Below are positions 37,110 through 50,607 of a DNA stretch of 64,000 nt, piece by piece. The notes beneath the pieces were generated by a model that worked only from the letters and a program-made list of their open reading frames with translations, had not been told where the DNA came from and did no database searches. Each line of letters starts with the position of its first letter. Within the stretch, counting starts at the first letter, position 1. The position numbers and the translations under genes are program-made. Source of the DNA: Camelus dromedarius (lineage: Eukaryota); contig NC_087436.1 in assembly GCF_036321535.1 (NCBI RefSeq), forward strand, positions 107,820,001-107,884,000, given 5' to 3'.

Positions 37110-37610
37110 GTATACAAACTTCATTGAAGTGTCAAATGCAAAGAGAAATGCACAGCTCAAATTTTCTCATGGTAAACTCCCTGTAGCCTGCATTCAGATC
37201 AAGAATCAGAATGTTCCCAGCACTCCAGATCCCCCCCTCCCCTCACCACTGTGTCCCTTCCAGGCGCCACGCATGCCCCCAGGGGGTAACCTCTATTCTG
37301 ACTTCTACTGCCCTTGGTTAATTTCACCTGTATTTGAACTTTGTGTAATGGAAACCACCTAAGGCATACTCTTTTGTGTTTGGCTTCTTTTACTCAGTGT
37401 TATTTTTGTGGGAGTCATCCATAGTATTGTGTGTCCTTGAGACCTGCTCGTTTTCATTGTTGTATAATATTTCATTGTTTGAGTCAACCATAATTTATTT
37501 ATCCATTCTAATGTTATTCATTGGATCTATTTTGAGCAAGGCTGCTATGAAAACTCTTGTACATTGTGTGTGATTCTTTTCTCTGTGTGTATACCTCAGT
37601 GTGGTTACTT
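37110..37610 (-). mobile_element. Old L1ME 3' region
   Basis: 'cagatcaagaatcagaatgttcccagcactccaga...ggtaacctctattctgacttct...tggcttcttttactcag'. Confidence 0.8.
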
Positions 37611-39619
37611 GTAAATAAATTGTGCCTGATTGAAAGATAATGAGATGGTGGAACATATTCCCAGGTTAAATGCCTTTTTTATAAGACGTATCAAAACCCC
37701 TTATGTGTTGTTGTAACATTAGATGTGATCACATCCACTACCACCCCCATCCACACAGACACCACTTAGCACAATGACTGCCACATAGACACTTAGTAAA
37801 GGTAAATAGAATGGATGGACATACTGAGCTTAACAAAAAAAGGAAGTTTTAAAGGCAAAATATGTGTTTGAAGATTAGCATTTATCTATTTGATATGAAA
37901 GCTCTCTTCTAACTGTAATTCTGCAAATTTGGTTGTTTTATCATGAATCCTTTCCAGGTTTCTTCTATCCCTTTGAATGGTAAGTTTGAGGACTAGACAC
38001 CAGTAGGGGTCTGAGAATACTAGATGCGATTCTTCTCTAGTAAATTTGCCTTTCTAACTTTGCCTAGTAAGTGGTGCCAGTTTGCACTCATCCTTTGTTA
38101 CTGCATGTGCTCCCTCCCACCTCAGGCAGCATTTGCAACACAAAGTTCATTGCTCTTGAATTTGCAGACGGAGTTTTGATTTGAGTGCCCGCCGCATAAA
38201 ACAGTATTCGTGCATCTGTCTATTTGGAAAGCTTTCATTAGGAGACTCAACCCCCAAAGCTGGCAAGAAGGGATGGCTGGCTTTCCACATATTGTATATG
38301 GATAGCTGACTGAGGCGTCCAAATTTGAAAATTGGCTCCTAGTTTCCTGTGATGTATCATTTTATGAATGGCTCAAAGTCAAGTAAAAGAAGAGATCTTA
38401 GGTTCTGTCCCTGGGCTGTCCTGTTTCTTTTGCCATGCTCTTCAAGCCAGCAAAACAAAGTGCTTGTTTCTGCAAGTTGTCCTGTGCAGAATTAGAGCGC
38501 CCTCCGTTCCATCAGAACTCAGACTGATAGCTGTCACTCTGTCCTCTACACTCAGGCTCCTGCCTTTTCGGTGGCCTCTCTCACAGTTTTAAATGTGCTT
38601 AAAGTAGCTGAGGGACCACAGCAGAGCAGGACAGTTGAGCCAGGGTATGACATCAGATGTCTTTTGGGGCCAGGCAGCTGAGAGAAAGGGTGAAACTGTA
38701 GAAATAAGCTGAACGGAAGGGCAGGAGCTGTTTCAGGTGGAGAGTGCATGCTTCCCTGAAAGTATGCAAATATGTTAGCGGGGAAAAAAAATTTGATCTC
38801 CATCCTCATACAGTTTGTGCATGCATGTACCCACGCACGCACGTAGCCACACATGCACACCATGCACACTCTCACTCATGCCTGAACATGTTTCCTCCAA
38901 AACTGCTTTGATTGGAGGAATAAAATAGTTTGCTGCTAGATTGTATTTCCTGGGTGCCATTTTCTTACCCCTATTTAGATCATAAAAGTAGATTTAGCAT
39001 AGTATTGTTCTGTGGACAGGGATGTTTTGTGTGTGTGTGTGAGAGAGAGAGAGAAATTATCATCACACATGTGCCTACAGCTTACATATACATACAAGCA
39101 TGACTGATCTGAGGGAACTGATCTTAGCAGACAGAGATGGTGACCAATTTTCAAAAGTTGAGCTAGACAGAAAGGGAGAAAAAAAGACGTAAATTAAAGG
39201 ATAAAATGCATGTAAATGAGTGAGAAATGAAGAAGTTTGCAGGAAGTCTTGATTTTTAAAATCTTACTCTGTTAATTGCTTAAGTCACAACTAAAGATTA
39301 TGTACTAGTTAATGTAGACAGTGATGACAATGAAGAATATCATTATTTAGGGGAAAAATAAACTGATACAGGTTTTGTTATAACCATTCGGATTGTTCTA
39401 GGAAAAGACCTGGATTTTTGTGATGTTATGATATTACTCAGTTTCTACCCTGTCCTGTCTCCATCCACATATATGCTCTCAGCCCCCCTCCCCTTTTTTC
39501 TCTCTCATCCCCACTTTTCCTCCAAAACTGCTAGGGTTGGAGAAAGACGATAAAGAGGTAGATTTTAGAGAAGAGTGAGAAGGATTTCAAACTGTTTTAG
39601 TTTTCTGGGCCTGATATTA

Positions 39620-40630
39620 TTTCCTGGTTATACACACATCTTATTTCATTATAAAAATTGCATTTCAAAAAATCTCATACCCCCAAGAGCAGTTATTTTA
39701 ATGTGTTTAATGTACATTATTTAATATGAATGTATTCTGGCCAAGTGCTTTATGCAGGTGTATTTAAGTTTATATGGATTTATATGTAGATCTCTAATTG
39801 CTTCTTACTCTTTCCCACTAGGCAGCACATTTTAAAGATCAATCTCTGTTGCCGAGTTTATAACTAATTTGCATTTTAAAAAATTAAGGTATAATTGACA
39901 TCTACTGATTTGTACTTTCTGGGTAATTCTTTGTGATGGGCAACAAGGATTTTTGCCTTTCCTCTCTCCCCATGATGGGCACTCAGGTTACCTCAAATTC
40001 TTTACCAGTCCAAACAGTGCTTTGAACTGATCTTTATGGAGCTGTGTGAGAATTTTCTTGGGATTATCCGTCCTGGACAGGTATCCCGTGACATATATAA
40101 ATATAAATATAAATATAAATATAAATATAAATATAAATATAAATATAAATATAAATATGAATATATATGTGTCCAGGTAGTGCCGGATTGCTTTCCAGAA
40201 TGCCTCCACCAGTCATCACTCTCACTGGCAGTTCATGACAGCCCCCACATCCCCCAGGGACACTGGGCAATCTGTGGCACTCTAATTGTTGCCAGTTTAA
40301 AAGATACAATGTGGTATCTCCCTGGTGTCTTTGTTTGCCTTTTCCTGATTGTAATAATTTTGAATATCCTTTCAAATTCTCATGCGCGTTTGTATTTCTT
40401 CTGTACACTGCTTGTCTGTTCCCTTGGCCCATTTTCTGCAGTCCTCCAGCTGACGGTAGGAGCTCCCAGCCGGTGCTAGATATTGACACCTTGGTTTAAG
40501 ACCTTGTGCATTTCATCTTCCTTTCTTTCACTCACTAACCCCTTTGTAAATTTCCTTAATTTTGGTGAGACCAGAATAACGCTCTTTTGTCTCAGACTGT
40601 GCTTTTGAAGTTTTGTTGAAGAATCCCTTT
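39620..40630 (-). mobile_element. Old L1ME fragment containing a (TATAAA)n expansion
   Basis: 'gccggattgctttccagaatg...actctcactggcag...gtggtatctc...cttggcccattttctg'. Confidence 0.6.
40095..40158. repeat. (TATAAA)n hexanucleotide microsatellite
   Basis: About 10-11 perfect units. Produces the spurious KY/IF/IY ORFs. Confidence 0.97.
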
Positions 40631-42760
40631 AACCCAGCGTGTGCTGGAGAAGGGACAGGGCCTACCTGTGACTCTCGGCAGAGACCTGGAATGTTCTTAG
40701 AAATCACCTGTCGTAACAGCCTCATGGCCAGTTCTTCAGTCCATGTAGATGCCTTACTGAAGTCTATACCTTGTCCTCTCCGGTGGTAAATATGCCTGAA
40801 ATTGGGAATACCAGCCAAATAAGTCTTTTCTCTTTGTGAATGAAATGTTAATGGCTCATCTCTTGGAATTCCTCTTATGCTGTACCTCCATCGTCCCTCT
40901 CTCCAGGAGCCCCTGTATTTGCACCCAGCAGTCTCATTCACTGAGAAGAACCTTGACCAGGAATGGAGGTGCTTCTGCTGCCTGTGTCCTCTAGGAAATA
41001 ATAAAAACTGAAAGACATGCAAAAGGTCATTGTTATTTTGCATATACTGCTCATTTGATATTCATAGATTATAATCTTGGCATAATGCAAAAGAGAATGA
41101 AACATTTGAATATTCTATTTCTAAATGAAGATTGGGAAAACATAAGCTCATGATGTTTTTCTGAAATTTGAGACTATCTTTAGCTAATTTTTCTGGAGAC
41201 CAAAATAGCATTCCTTTTCTAGGGCCTGCATGAAATGACTCCTTCAGTTAAGTTCTCGTTTGGCTTTGGGCATCCTAAGTCGGCTGAGGGAAAGATATTT
41301 TGCCGCATGAGAGCCTAACGCTTGATCGTAAGTCCCAAAGACATGAGATAACATAATTGAATGAAAAATACAGTAATGTAGGCTTAAGGGAGTGTTGCTG
41401 CCAATAATATTTTTATATATTCAGAAGTTGCTTCTGCATGAATATTACACTGTTTCATCTGATAGAGATTATTCCTCACACACCTATTACCGTGCAGGTT
41501 TTTGGAAGCCTTTTAGTTAGTAAAACTTGAGCTTTTTTTCTTGTATTTATTTTCCGCCTCCTGGACATCTACATTTTACACCCATTTCCTTTTGACTGAG
41601 CGTATCACAGGAAATTATCCCAGTCTGCTGTCTACCGGGGACACTGAATTGCGTTCCTTTATAGCTTTGACTTCCTCTTGAGTTGCTTTGTGGTTATCTT
41701 TTCAAGAGTGTCAAAAACACTTTATGTTTTTCATTGCATTTCCTAATACCTGTCATGATTAAAGTGTTGGAATGTAAATCTAGAGTTATCAGTTCTACTC
41801 AAAATAATTTTGATATATTAAAAACTCTAAATTTAGGTTTGAATCTAATTTTAAAACTTTATTCAAAATATTTTAGAATTTTAATCATTCTTTGATCTAA
41901 CAGCAGAGATGGCGCATTAATTGACACAATGAATATTTAGAAATTAGGATCTTTGTTTCTTCTGGGAAATGAATGTCTTCAATGGACAGGAACACTTGCT
42001 AATGTGATATCAAAATTTAAAGTGTATTTTATCACAGTTGGCCCTAACCAGTTGAACTAACAAATTACTATGAATTTTAAGTGGCCCAGTAAACCAGACT
42101 CATACTAGACCATATTGAAGATCTTTTTTTGAACAATGAACAATGGAAATTGTTTAGCAAAACATTATAGACTTCTAGACTCATTCTGTGCCATCCAAGT
42201 GACTGCTTTCAGTGCTTAATAAGCATAACCACCACAAAATCCCCTTCCTAATTCTTGAAACCCTAGTTTTTCCCTCCTAGTAAACTAAACAGTGGTTTTA
42301 TTCACTGATGTTCTCTTGCTTGGCAAACAGTGCTTTTTGGCTTTTTGTTTTTATGTTTTTAGCTTTAGCGGTCTTTGTTTCATTTCCTGATACTTCTTAG
42401 TCAAGTTATTTTTATAAAACTATAACACAGAAAAATCAATATAATTACCTAAAAAATGTCTTATTTTGATCATAATTAAATACTTCAATTTCTTTTCCAA
42501 TATTTTCAACCATAATTTTTATCCATATGTTTGTGGGCAATTGATGTTGGAGAATCTTCGGTGGTTGTCTGCTCTGTCATGTCTCCCAACTTCTCTCCCT
42601 CTTCTCGCAGGAAACTTCTTAGTGATGAAATTCAGCAGGGCAGCCAATGTGTTGGCACCATTGGCAATGAGGAATTTATAAAGTCCCTTTAAATAATACC
42701 ACTAAATGATTATAAAAAGTCAGCTGATGAGATTATAAAAGTAGTCAAAATAAGAAAGAA

Positions 42761-42887
42761 GAGGGAGGGTATAGCTTGGCGGTAGAGTGCACGCTTAGCA
42801 TGCATGAGGTCCTGGGTTCAATACCCAGTACCTATTAATAAATAGATAGATAGATAAACCTAGTTAATGCCCCCCCCCCAAGAAAAA
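42761..42887 (+). mobile_element. tRNA-Ala-derived SINE (Vic-1 type)
   Basis: 'gggagggtatagcttggcggtagagtgcacgcttagcatgcatgaggtcctgggttcaatacccagtacct' plus tail. 13-bp TSD 'aaaataagaaaga' at 42747-42759 and 42888-42900. Confidence 0.92.
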
Positions 42888-43149
42888 AAAATAAGAAAGA
42901 GAAAGTAAACATTATGGTAATAAAAGGAATCATGTTTATTGAATACTTTCTGTGGATTGATCATGCTGACTGAAGAAAAGCTTCCTGAAGTCAGTTCTTC
43001 TAGCAATCCTAGGGAGCAGATGAGGGGACTGAGGATCATGGAAGTGAAGACTAAACCTCTATGCTGAATAATTTTGTGAATGGATTAGGAAGAAGGCCTG
43101 AATCCCAAAGCCCTCATTGAATGGCTGCATTTAAAGGCGTAGGGTTACG

Positions 43150-44274
43150 GGACCTAATGAAACTTACAAGCTTCTACACAGCAAAGGAAACCATAAGTAA
43201 AACAAAAAGACAACCTACGGAATGGGAGAAGATTTTTGCAAATGAAACCAACAAAGGCTTGATCTCCAGAATATATAAGCAGCTCATACGACTCAATAAG
43301 AAAAAAACAAACAACACAATCCAAAAATGGGCAGAAGACCTAAACAAGCAATTCTCCAAGGAAGACATACAAATGATCAATAGGTGCATGAAAAAATGCT
43401 CCATATCACTAATTATCAGAGAAATGCAAATCAAAACTGCAATGAGGTATCACCTCACACCAGTCAGAATGGCCATCATTCAAAAGTCCACAAATGACAA
43501 ATGCTGGAGAGGCTGTGGAGAAAGGGGAACCCTCCTACACTGTTGGTGGGAATGCAGTTTGGAATGCAGCCACTGTGGAAAACAGTATGGAGATTCCTCA
43601 AAAGACTAGGAATAGACTTATGGTATGACCCAGGAATTCCACTCCTGGGCATATATCCAGAAGGAACCCTACTCCAAAATGACACCTGCACCCCAATGTT
43701 CATAGCAGCACTATTTACAATAGCCAAGACATGGAAACAGCCTAAATGTCCATCAACAGATGACTGGATAAAGAAGATGAAGTATATTTATACAATGGAT
43801 ACTATTCAGCTGTACAAACCGACAACATAACGCCGTTTGCAACAACATGGATGTTCCTGGAGAATGTCATTCTAAGTGAAGTAAGCCAGAAAAAGAAAGA
43901 AAAATACCATATGAGATCGCTCATATGTGGAATCTAAACAAACAAACAAACAAAAAACAAAAAAACCACATAAATACAAAACAGAAACAGACTTATAGAC
44001 ATAGAATACAAACTTGTGGTTGCCAGAGGGGCACGGGGTGGGAAGGGATAGACTGGACTTCAAAATGTAGAACAGATAAACAAGATTATACTGTATAGCA
44101 TGGGGAAATATATACAAGATCTTATGGTAGCTCACAGAGAAAAAAATGTGACAATGAATATATGTATGTTCATGTATAACTGAAAAATTGTGCTCTACAC
44201 TGGAATTTGACACAACATTGTAAAATGATTATAAATCAATAAAAAATGTTTAAAAAGTCAAAAAATAAAAAAAT
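43150..44274 (+). mobile_element. 5'-truncated young lineage-specific L1 (ORF2 C-terminus, 3'UTR, AATAAA, A-rich tail)
   Basis: ORFs 43121-43609 and 43501-43830 contain '[18 protein letters not shown]' (Cys/His motif) and '[23 protein letters not shown]'. Degenerate TSD at 43133-43149 / 44275-44291. Confidence 0.96.
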
Positions 44275-44857
44275 AAAGTTGTAGAGTTGTGTTACTGACT
44301 GAGGGCAGGGATGCTAATTCCTGGTGATGGATCATGCAGGCTTTCACACGGTACCACATCCAAGCTGCTTATCTCCTTGAGAGTATAAACCACACGGACC
44401 TCTGAATAAGAGAACCAGTACTGCCAATGCTTGAGAAAGCCTGACACATGAAGAGGGCAGGATGAATTATGGCTCCTGTACATTGTAAGATACTATTGTA
44501 TTCCTGAAAGAAATGTTCAAGTTATACTTGTTGACTTGAATATGCCTCTACGACTGGTATTGTTAAGTGAGAAAGATAACATGAAGAGTAGTGTTTGTAA
44601 TTCATATTTTATAAAGCACAACAAATCTCCCTGTATGTGTGCGTAGATAAGAAAATAAGATAAGAAAAGCATAAACGAGGTGCTAACGCGGGTTACCTTA
44701 GAGTGATGACTGTGGCTGTCAGGGTGGAGAATGTAGTTGGGGAAGAGGAAATAAAACAAAACTAAGAGAAATTTCTATACAAATAAACAAACCAGAAACA
44801 ATGAAAGCATCCCAGCTTGTGAAACAACCCCGTTTTTGTAAAAGAATATGTGCAGGT

Positions 44858-45277
44858 TGTTATGGGCTGAACTGTGTCCTGTGAAATTGATGTGTTGAAG
44901 TCCTACACTCCTGTACCTCACAGCGTGACTTTATTTGGAGAGTCTTTATAGAGGTAATCAAATCAAGGTGATTAGGGTGGGCAGTAATCCAATACAACTG
45001 TGTTCTTATAAACGGCGAAATTTGGGCACGGAAAAGATGGTGCGAAAAGACGCAGGAAGAAGATGGCCGTCTGCAGGCCCGGGGATGCCTGAGGCTAACG
45101 GAAGCTAGGAGAGAGGCCTGGGACAAATCCTTCCCTCAGAGCGCTTGGAAGGAACCAGGGTTGCCAACACCTTGAGTTCAGACCTATAGCCCCCAGAACT
45201 ATGAGACCAAAACATCTGTGATTTAAGCCACCCAGTTTGAGGCATGTTTTTAAGGACAGCCTTAGGAAACTAACCTA
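44858..45277 (+). mobile_element. MaLR solo LTR (MLT1B/C-like)
   Basis: 'tgttatgggctgaactgtgtcc...gtgactttatttggag...gaagctaggagagaggcctggg...tttaagccacccagtttg...taggaaactaac'. Confidence 0.9.
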
Positions 45278-45454
45278 TGGGTGTATACATTCTAAAGTGA
45301 TGGAGAAAAAGGTAGTAACTAACCACTTTCATTTGTAGAGATCCTTAGGATATATTGTCAAGCAAAAAAAGGAACGGTATCACGATAATGTGGGTAGTGG
45401 GTTTCTATTAAGTTAAAAGGGAGGAAGAGACATCTCTGTAACTTGATGGCAATT

Positions 45455-45598
45455 GAAGCACCAGCTTTAACACTTATCTATGTGAACGTGGGCAGCTTAC
45501 ATCAGTTTTATCACCTGTTCCATGGGACTAATGATGCCCACATCTTAAGATTGATTGGGGGAATAAATGGCAAAATGATGCATGTAGAGCTCTGAGAT
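45455..45598 (+). mobile_element. MIR fragment
   Basis: 'cacttatctatgtgaacgtgggcagcttacatcagttttatcacctgt'. Confidence 0.6.
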
Positions 45599-45624
45599 CT
45601 TCACTGCTGCTCCAGGTCCTCCTG

Positions 45625-46005
45625 TGGGCTGACTCCTATGTCTAGAAGGTTCTGACACAATTGACGCTTCACCCTATGTGTCACCACCTCTGATTGCCTC
45701 TCCTCACCGTTTCCTCTTCATTTTTTTTTTTTTTGTGGTCACAAAGCATCCATTTTACCTTACTTATAGCATTTTTCAAAACTCACATTATTTCTTTGAT
45801 TTCTAGTTTATCTCCTATCCCCTCCCCTCTGCCCCAGTCCACTCACTCCATGAAGGCAAGAATTATTTTTGTCCCGTTCACCACTGACTCTGCAGTGCTG
45901 GGAACACTGTCAAGCACCAAGGAGGCAATTGAGAAATATTTGTTGGTAAATCAACTATACTTCAATAAAAAAAGAAATATTTGTTGAATGAATGTCTGAA
46001 TGAAC
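45625..46005 (+). mobile_element. L2 3' end with a nested 27-bp L1 tail
   Basis: 'ctccatgaaggcaag...tgtcccgttcacc...aaatatttgttgaatgaatg'. Confidence 0.75.
45946..45972 (+). mobile_element. 27-bp L1 3' terminus insertion
   Basis: 'gtaaatcaactatacttcaataaaaaa' lies between perfect 14-bp TSDs 'agaaatatttgttg' (45932-45945 and 45973-45986). Confidence 0.88.
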
Positions 46006-46849
46006 AAAAGTACTTCGCAGAGTGTTTGTCACATAATAACTACACAGTAAATATTGATGATTTTTTCTTGTTCTTATTATACAAGCAAACGGTCCCCTCA
46101 GTGGCATACCATAATCCAGATCTGGAGGAAAAAAAGGGAGGTTACTGTAATTCTCACCATCCTTGTTTCCCCCAGACATAGAGAACATGCTTTCCCTGGC
46201 CCAGAGAAGAAATTTGATCTGAGTCTTGTTTTAATTTACTTGAAAGTGTAACATATTCAGGGATCACATTCTACAGAATCTGTTCAAAATTATGATTAAG
46301 GACTTCTTAGACAGGCCCACAGCTATCCAGCAGCCCACAGGCACTCTCTCACATATTGTGATCCTACTTGGCCCAGGTAGTTGTCAGAAGCATAATTATG
46401 TCTAAATGGAAAATGGGAACCATTGTTCTTCATCCAGAAATGTAACAGCATCCCATCTGGAGCATGATGTGATAGTTGCTGAGAAACAGCACACAGGAGT
46501 AACTTTTGAAGAGTTAGCATAAAATCCAGCATGAATGAATAGATCCAGGTAAGCAAATTACAGTGACCCAACGGCAGTTTGTGTGGATTTGTAATCTAAT
46601 TGGTAGGGAAGGTGTCCTGGATACTGTCACTGGCAGGATGGTGCCGGGGCACAGCGGGTCAGGGCACTCGGTATCAGGCTTTGCAGTCAGTGGTTTTTAT
46701 TCCTCTTATAATTCATATCAGGCACGCATGACAACCGAGCACATGAACCTGTGTGCTCTGTCACTTTAATACTCCTTGAAGGGGTCAGAAGATGTCAATT
46801 TTTTTAAATTTAGGAGGTTGACGGGACCACAGAAATTTAAGATGTTGCT

Positions 46850-47115
46850 GTTTACTCTCTTTGTATGAACTTCCAGTGATGACAAGTGGCTGTGGCATCA
46901 GGGACACCTTCTCGTTTTTCTAGTTGTTGGAGTTCTTAGTGGGTCTGAGTGAAAACTGTTGCCCTTCAGCTAATGTCCTGCTCATTTGTCTGATTCTGGA
47001 AAAATAGACTCTGTCTTGCCCTTCTTCCCTCGGATGCTGCTTTAACAACTTGAAGGTTATAATCATATCCCTGCCTTTCTTCAAGTTACACATCCCAAAT
47101 GACTTTGCAACATTG
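46850..47115 (-). mobile_element. L3/CR1 fragment
   Basis: 'aacttccagtgatgac...gctttaacaacttgaaggttataatcatatccctgcctttcttcaagttacacatccc' resembles the antisense CR1 3' region. Confidence 0.55.
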
Positions 47116-49427
47116 ATTTCACTGGAAAATAGAGGCTGAATTGGCCCTGGGAGCCGTCAAAGGTTTGAATCCCTTCAGAACCGAAGAGAGGAAAGGGCGA
47201 GGCTCACGATATGTGAAGGTAGAGCATTGGACGGAGGGTCCCCTAGTCTATCCTCGAGACGTCTCCATGGATGACTCCACACATCCTTGGATTTTCTCAC
47301 ACCCTCCGTGGGGGCTATTGCAAGTACTTGTGACAAATTGAGACAGCATGTGAATAGCCACACGTAACTCATTTTCAAATACTTAAAATGTTAATTTATA
47401 CATCATTCAAACACGTAAGTAGGCATTAGAATTATTAGATGACTTGCTCATTTAATGGGGCAAAGACAGCTATAAAATTGGCCCTGTGGTCTAAATTTTA
47501 TTTTTAGTGTACACTTTATGAGGATTCTTGTCATAATTTAACCAGAATTTCCTAAACTATATTCCATGCTACACAAATGAGTTTCAAGATATTAGTAGAT
47601 ATTCTTCCAAAAAAAAAGGATACCATAAGACTCCAGGGCTCACAGGGTTTCTGATCTTACCTCTCATACCATGTGATGAGTGATATTTTAAAACTAGAGT
47701 TAGGTAGAACTGCTATACTATATTACCATCCTAATATGTTCATTCCTTGAAAAGCACATTTTATACAAAGCCTCTGGATGTATGACCTGGGGTTGAGATT
47801 ATTTTTAGTAGCCATTTAGAATGTAATTTATAAATATTAAATTTATGTATTTAATATTTTCTATACATAATACTGCAAAGCATATTATGCAAAGTTTGTC
47901 TTCTTTATTTTTGAATTTGCTTAGTACTCATTTCTTTTCATAATTTTAACACCAACTACAATGTTATTATGGTAGTATATTTACTTTTTATTGCTTATTA
48001 CATTTGAGGTATGATGATATTTAATAGTTCTTTCTGTTTTGTGCTTTTTAAAATATAATTATCTCATTCCTTAATATAGAATATTTTTCTGTGAATAATT
48101 TAAAGCCTTTACACACTTGCATGCACTCATTATGAATTAGTGAAACAGTTAAGCACTGAAATGTTAAGGGCAGATACTACTCTCAGTAAAACAAAATAGA
48201 CCAACAAAGTTTTAGAAGAATCTTCTAGGATGTTCTCCCTCTCAGTTTAGCTTCAGTTTACAACAACTAAATGCCTCTGAAGTAAAGCAGATTCCCCAGG
48301 AAATGATAAAAAAAAGAAGCACTTTAGAAATTTAAGTATTAGCTTTTAGATCATTACAGTGTTTATTTAATCAAGACAGTAAGTTGAAAACCCAACTTGG
48401 CAACCATGCTCGGCTGACTGCAAAAGTCCTCTTGCTCTTTCCTTGGAGGGTAGGTATTACATAAGCACCCCCAAACAAATGGGTTGCATGCTCCATACTT
48501 TGCATTTCCCTTGAACATTGCAGACACATTGGGGTCTATTTATAATGCTGTTTTGGTCGTTTATGCAGCTGGACCATCTTTATGGGAAAACGATCTTACA
48601 TTGAGATCTTTTGGTATTTTGGTGTAAAATTACTTTCGAATGCGTTCCAGGATGGGTTTATCATTATTCCACATTCTAAATGTTACACACAGTGATTATG
48701 ATTCTAAGTTTTGTGTCTAGCTCTGTCCTATGCCCTGCAATAACTAGAAAGACACATGGACACAGTCCACTGCCAGAAAAGAGCCAGTTTATATGGACTT
48801 AGGAGGGTGGTATGAAACACATCTTCACTGCTCCCATGCATCCGTGTCTGTCAACGTATCGGGTGGATGCAGGGAGTCCACCACTGCTTGTTCTCGTCCT
48901 GTCTTCCTTTTTGACCTTCCTCCTTGTTTCTGACATCTGCTTACCCTACTGTGTCTACTCAGGTCAGGAAGATTCATTTATCCTCATGCTCAAAGTCAGC
49001 AGTGCCACTAATACTGAAATTTTACATCCCACCCTGTGTCCTCATGCCTCTGAGACACACTCATTCACTACGTTCTCAATTGCTCAAAGTCTTCTTCAAC
49101 ATCCTTTAGAGTTTAAGCGCAAACGCTGTGTCTTGCTGAGGCATTATTAGGCTAAAAGACTACCTTTTATCTTTAATGAGATTGTGCAGAAGGGGATGAA
49201 TGAATCAGAAACTTGTATTGATGTATATAGTAATGTTAATTTAGTAAATATGTGTTTTACCAGGAATATGTGTATATTCACATATATATATCCCCACCTT
49301 CAGTTTCCCAGGATTGTGGAAAGAACTATTTGTACTTGTAGTCGAGAGCAGCTTAACCCAATTCACATATCTATGGTCAGGATCCATCTGCTCCCACCAT
49401 TCTCACCATCAGTCTTGCAGCTAGAGC

Positions 49428-49615
49428 TAAGGTAATGAACTGTCTCAGTTTGCCCAGGCCTTGAATGGAGAGGGTCCTGGGACACAGAACTTTGAGGGCA
49501 AAATTTTGGAGCGTCCTGGTATATCCCAATTTGACTAAGACTGAGAAGGTTCCCAGGAAGTGGGATGTTTGATTGTAAAACTGAGAAAATCCTAGGGAGT
49601 GAGTTGGTCACCTTA
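49428..49615. mobile_element. MER81-like hAT-Blackjack MITE with duplicated internal unit
   Basis: TIR-like ends 'taaggtaatgaac' and 'gttggtcacctta', with two internal copies of the 'tcccagtttgcccaggactga...ttcccaggac...ggactt...taaaac' unit. Confidence 0.65.
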
Positions 49616-50090
49616 CCTGCCACCGACTTCTGACATCATCCTGGAGGATTTGAGTAAACACATGCTCTAGGACTAGTTGAAACTAGCTTCAGATTACAGT
49701 GGGTGGCAAAAGCCTCTTAACTTTCAGGGAATAAAAAGTCCCATTGTGTTACTCCTAGTTGTTGCAACATATATCATCTCCCTATTTTCCTGTGGACAAA
49801 TTCCCAATTTCTCAATATGGCATATTAAACACTTCACTGTCTGGCTGCCTTCTTCTCTGTCCTTGTCACCCCTGACTTGCTGTATGCTCCAGCCTCACTG
49901 AACTTTGGGTCATTCACCTTCAAGCCCTGGAACCTGAGCATACATTATTTTTTCATCCTAGAGTCCTTTTTCTTCCTGCCTCTCCTCCTCCTTTCCTCCA
50001 TTAACTATACTTACATTGTAAGACAGCTCAAATGTCTTTGCCCCTGAATAACCTTTTCTATCTTCCCAAAGAATAGTTATCTCCCATTTT

Positions 50091-50607
50091 TGTTGACTGA
50101 AATTAAAAAAATAAAACAACAGCAAAAAAATAATTATAATAACCAAGCACTCAGAGTGAGAGCTGTGAGTTTCAGTTTTATTCAGACATTTTACTGAAAA
50201 CTATAGCCTGGGAGCTGGGAGACAGTCTCTCCGGTAGCTCTGAGGAGCTGCTCTGAAGAGGCAGAGGGAGAGGCCAGTATGCATATGATGTTGGCTAAGG
50301 AGTATGTGCAGCCAAGCTTACATTTTGGTGGAAGGTTATTGTTAGTCACAAGGATCAGATACTGTTAATGATTTTAGTGCTTTTCTAAGTATGGAAAGAT
50401 GCAAGAATTGGGTTCATAATTTTTTTTTTCAGGAAAAACATCTAATTATCTAAGGCCTTGTTGTGCCTGTTTTCCCAAAGCACAGAAAGCCTCATCCTGT
50501 TTTTCACCCCAAATTCCTTTCAGGGTGTCCTGTAGGTCAGCAACTGCAGCATCTAGTGACTTGATCCCTGGAGAACTGGGTGGTGGGCCACATTCTTTGT
50601 TTTATAC
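50091..50607 (-). mobile_element. MER41-like ERV1 solo LTR (artiodactyl type), inserted into L2
   Basis: 'tgttgactgaa...gggagacagtctctccggtagctctgaggagctgctc...ttaatgattttagtgcttttctaagtatggaaagatgcaaga'. Confidence 0.75.

Noticed and set aside
39988..40489. ORFs with KYKYKY / IFIFIF / IYIYIY runs (147, 141 and 73 aa)
   Set aside because: Translation of the (TATAAA)n microsatellite within a decayed L1. Not a protein.
40528..41043. 171-aa minus-strand ORF, the longest in the track
   Set aside because: No recognisable domain or exon structure, and it overlaps an old L1 remnant at one end.
46370..46555. Possible exon ending at a strong donor 'CAG/gtaagc'
   Set aside because: No clear polypyrimidine acceptor, no recognisable open frame and no partner exons.
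50420..50440. STAT1/GAS site in the MER41-like LTR
   Set aside because: The nearest motif 'ttcaggaa' has a 2-nt spacer rather than TTCN3GAA, so it gives no support for an interferon-responsive enhancer.
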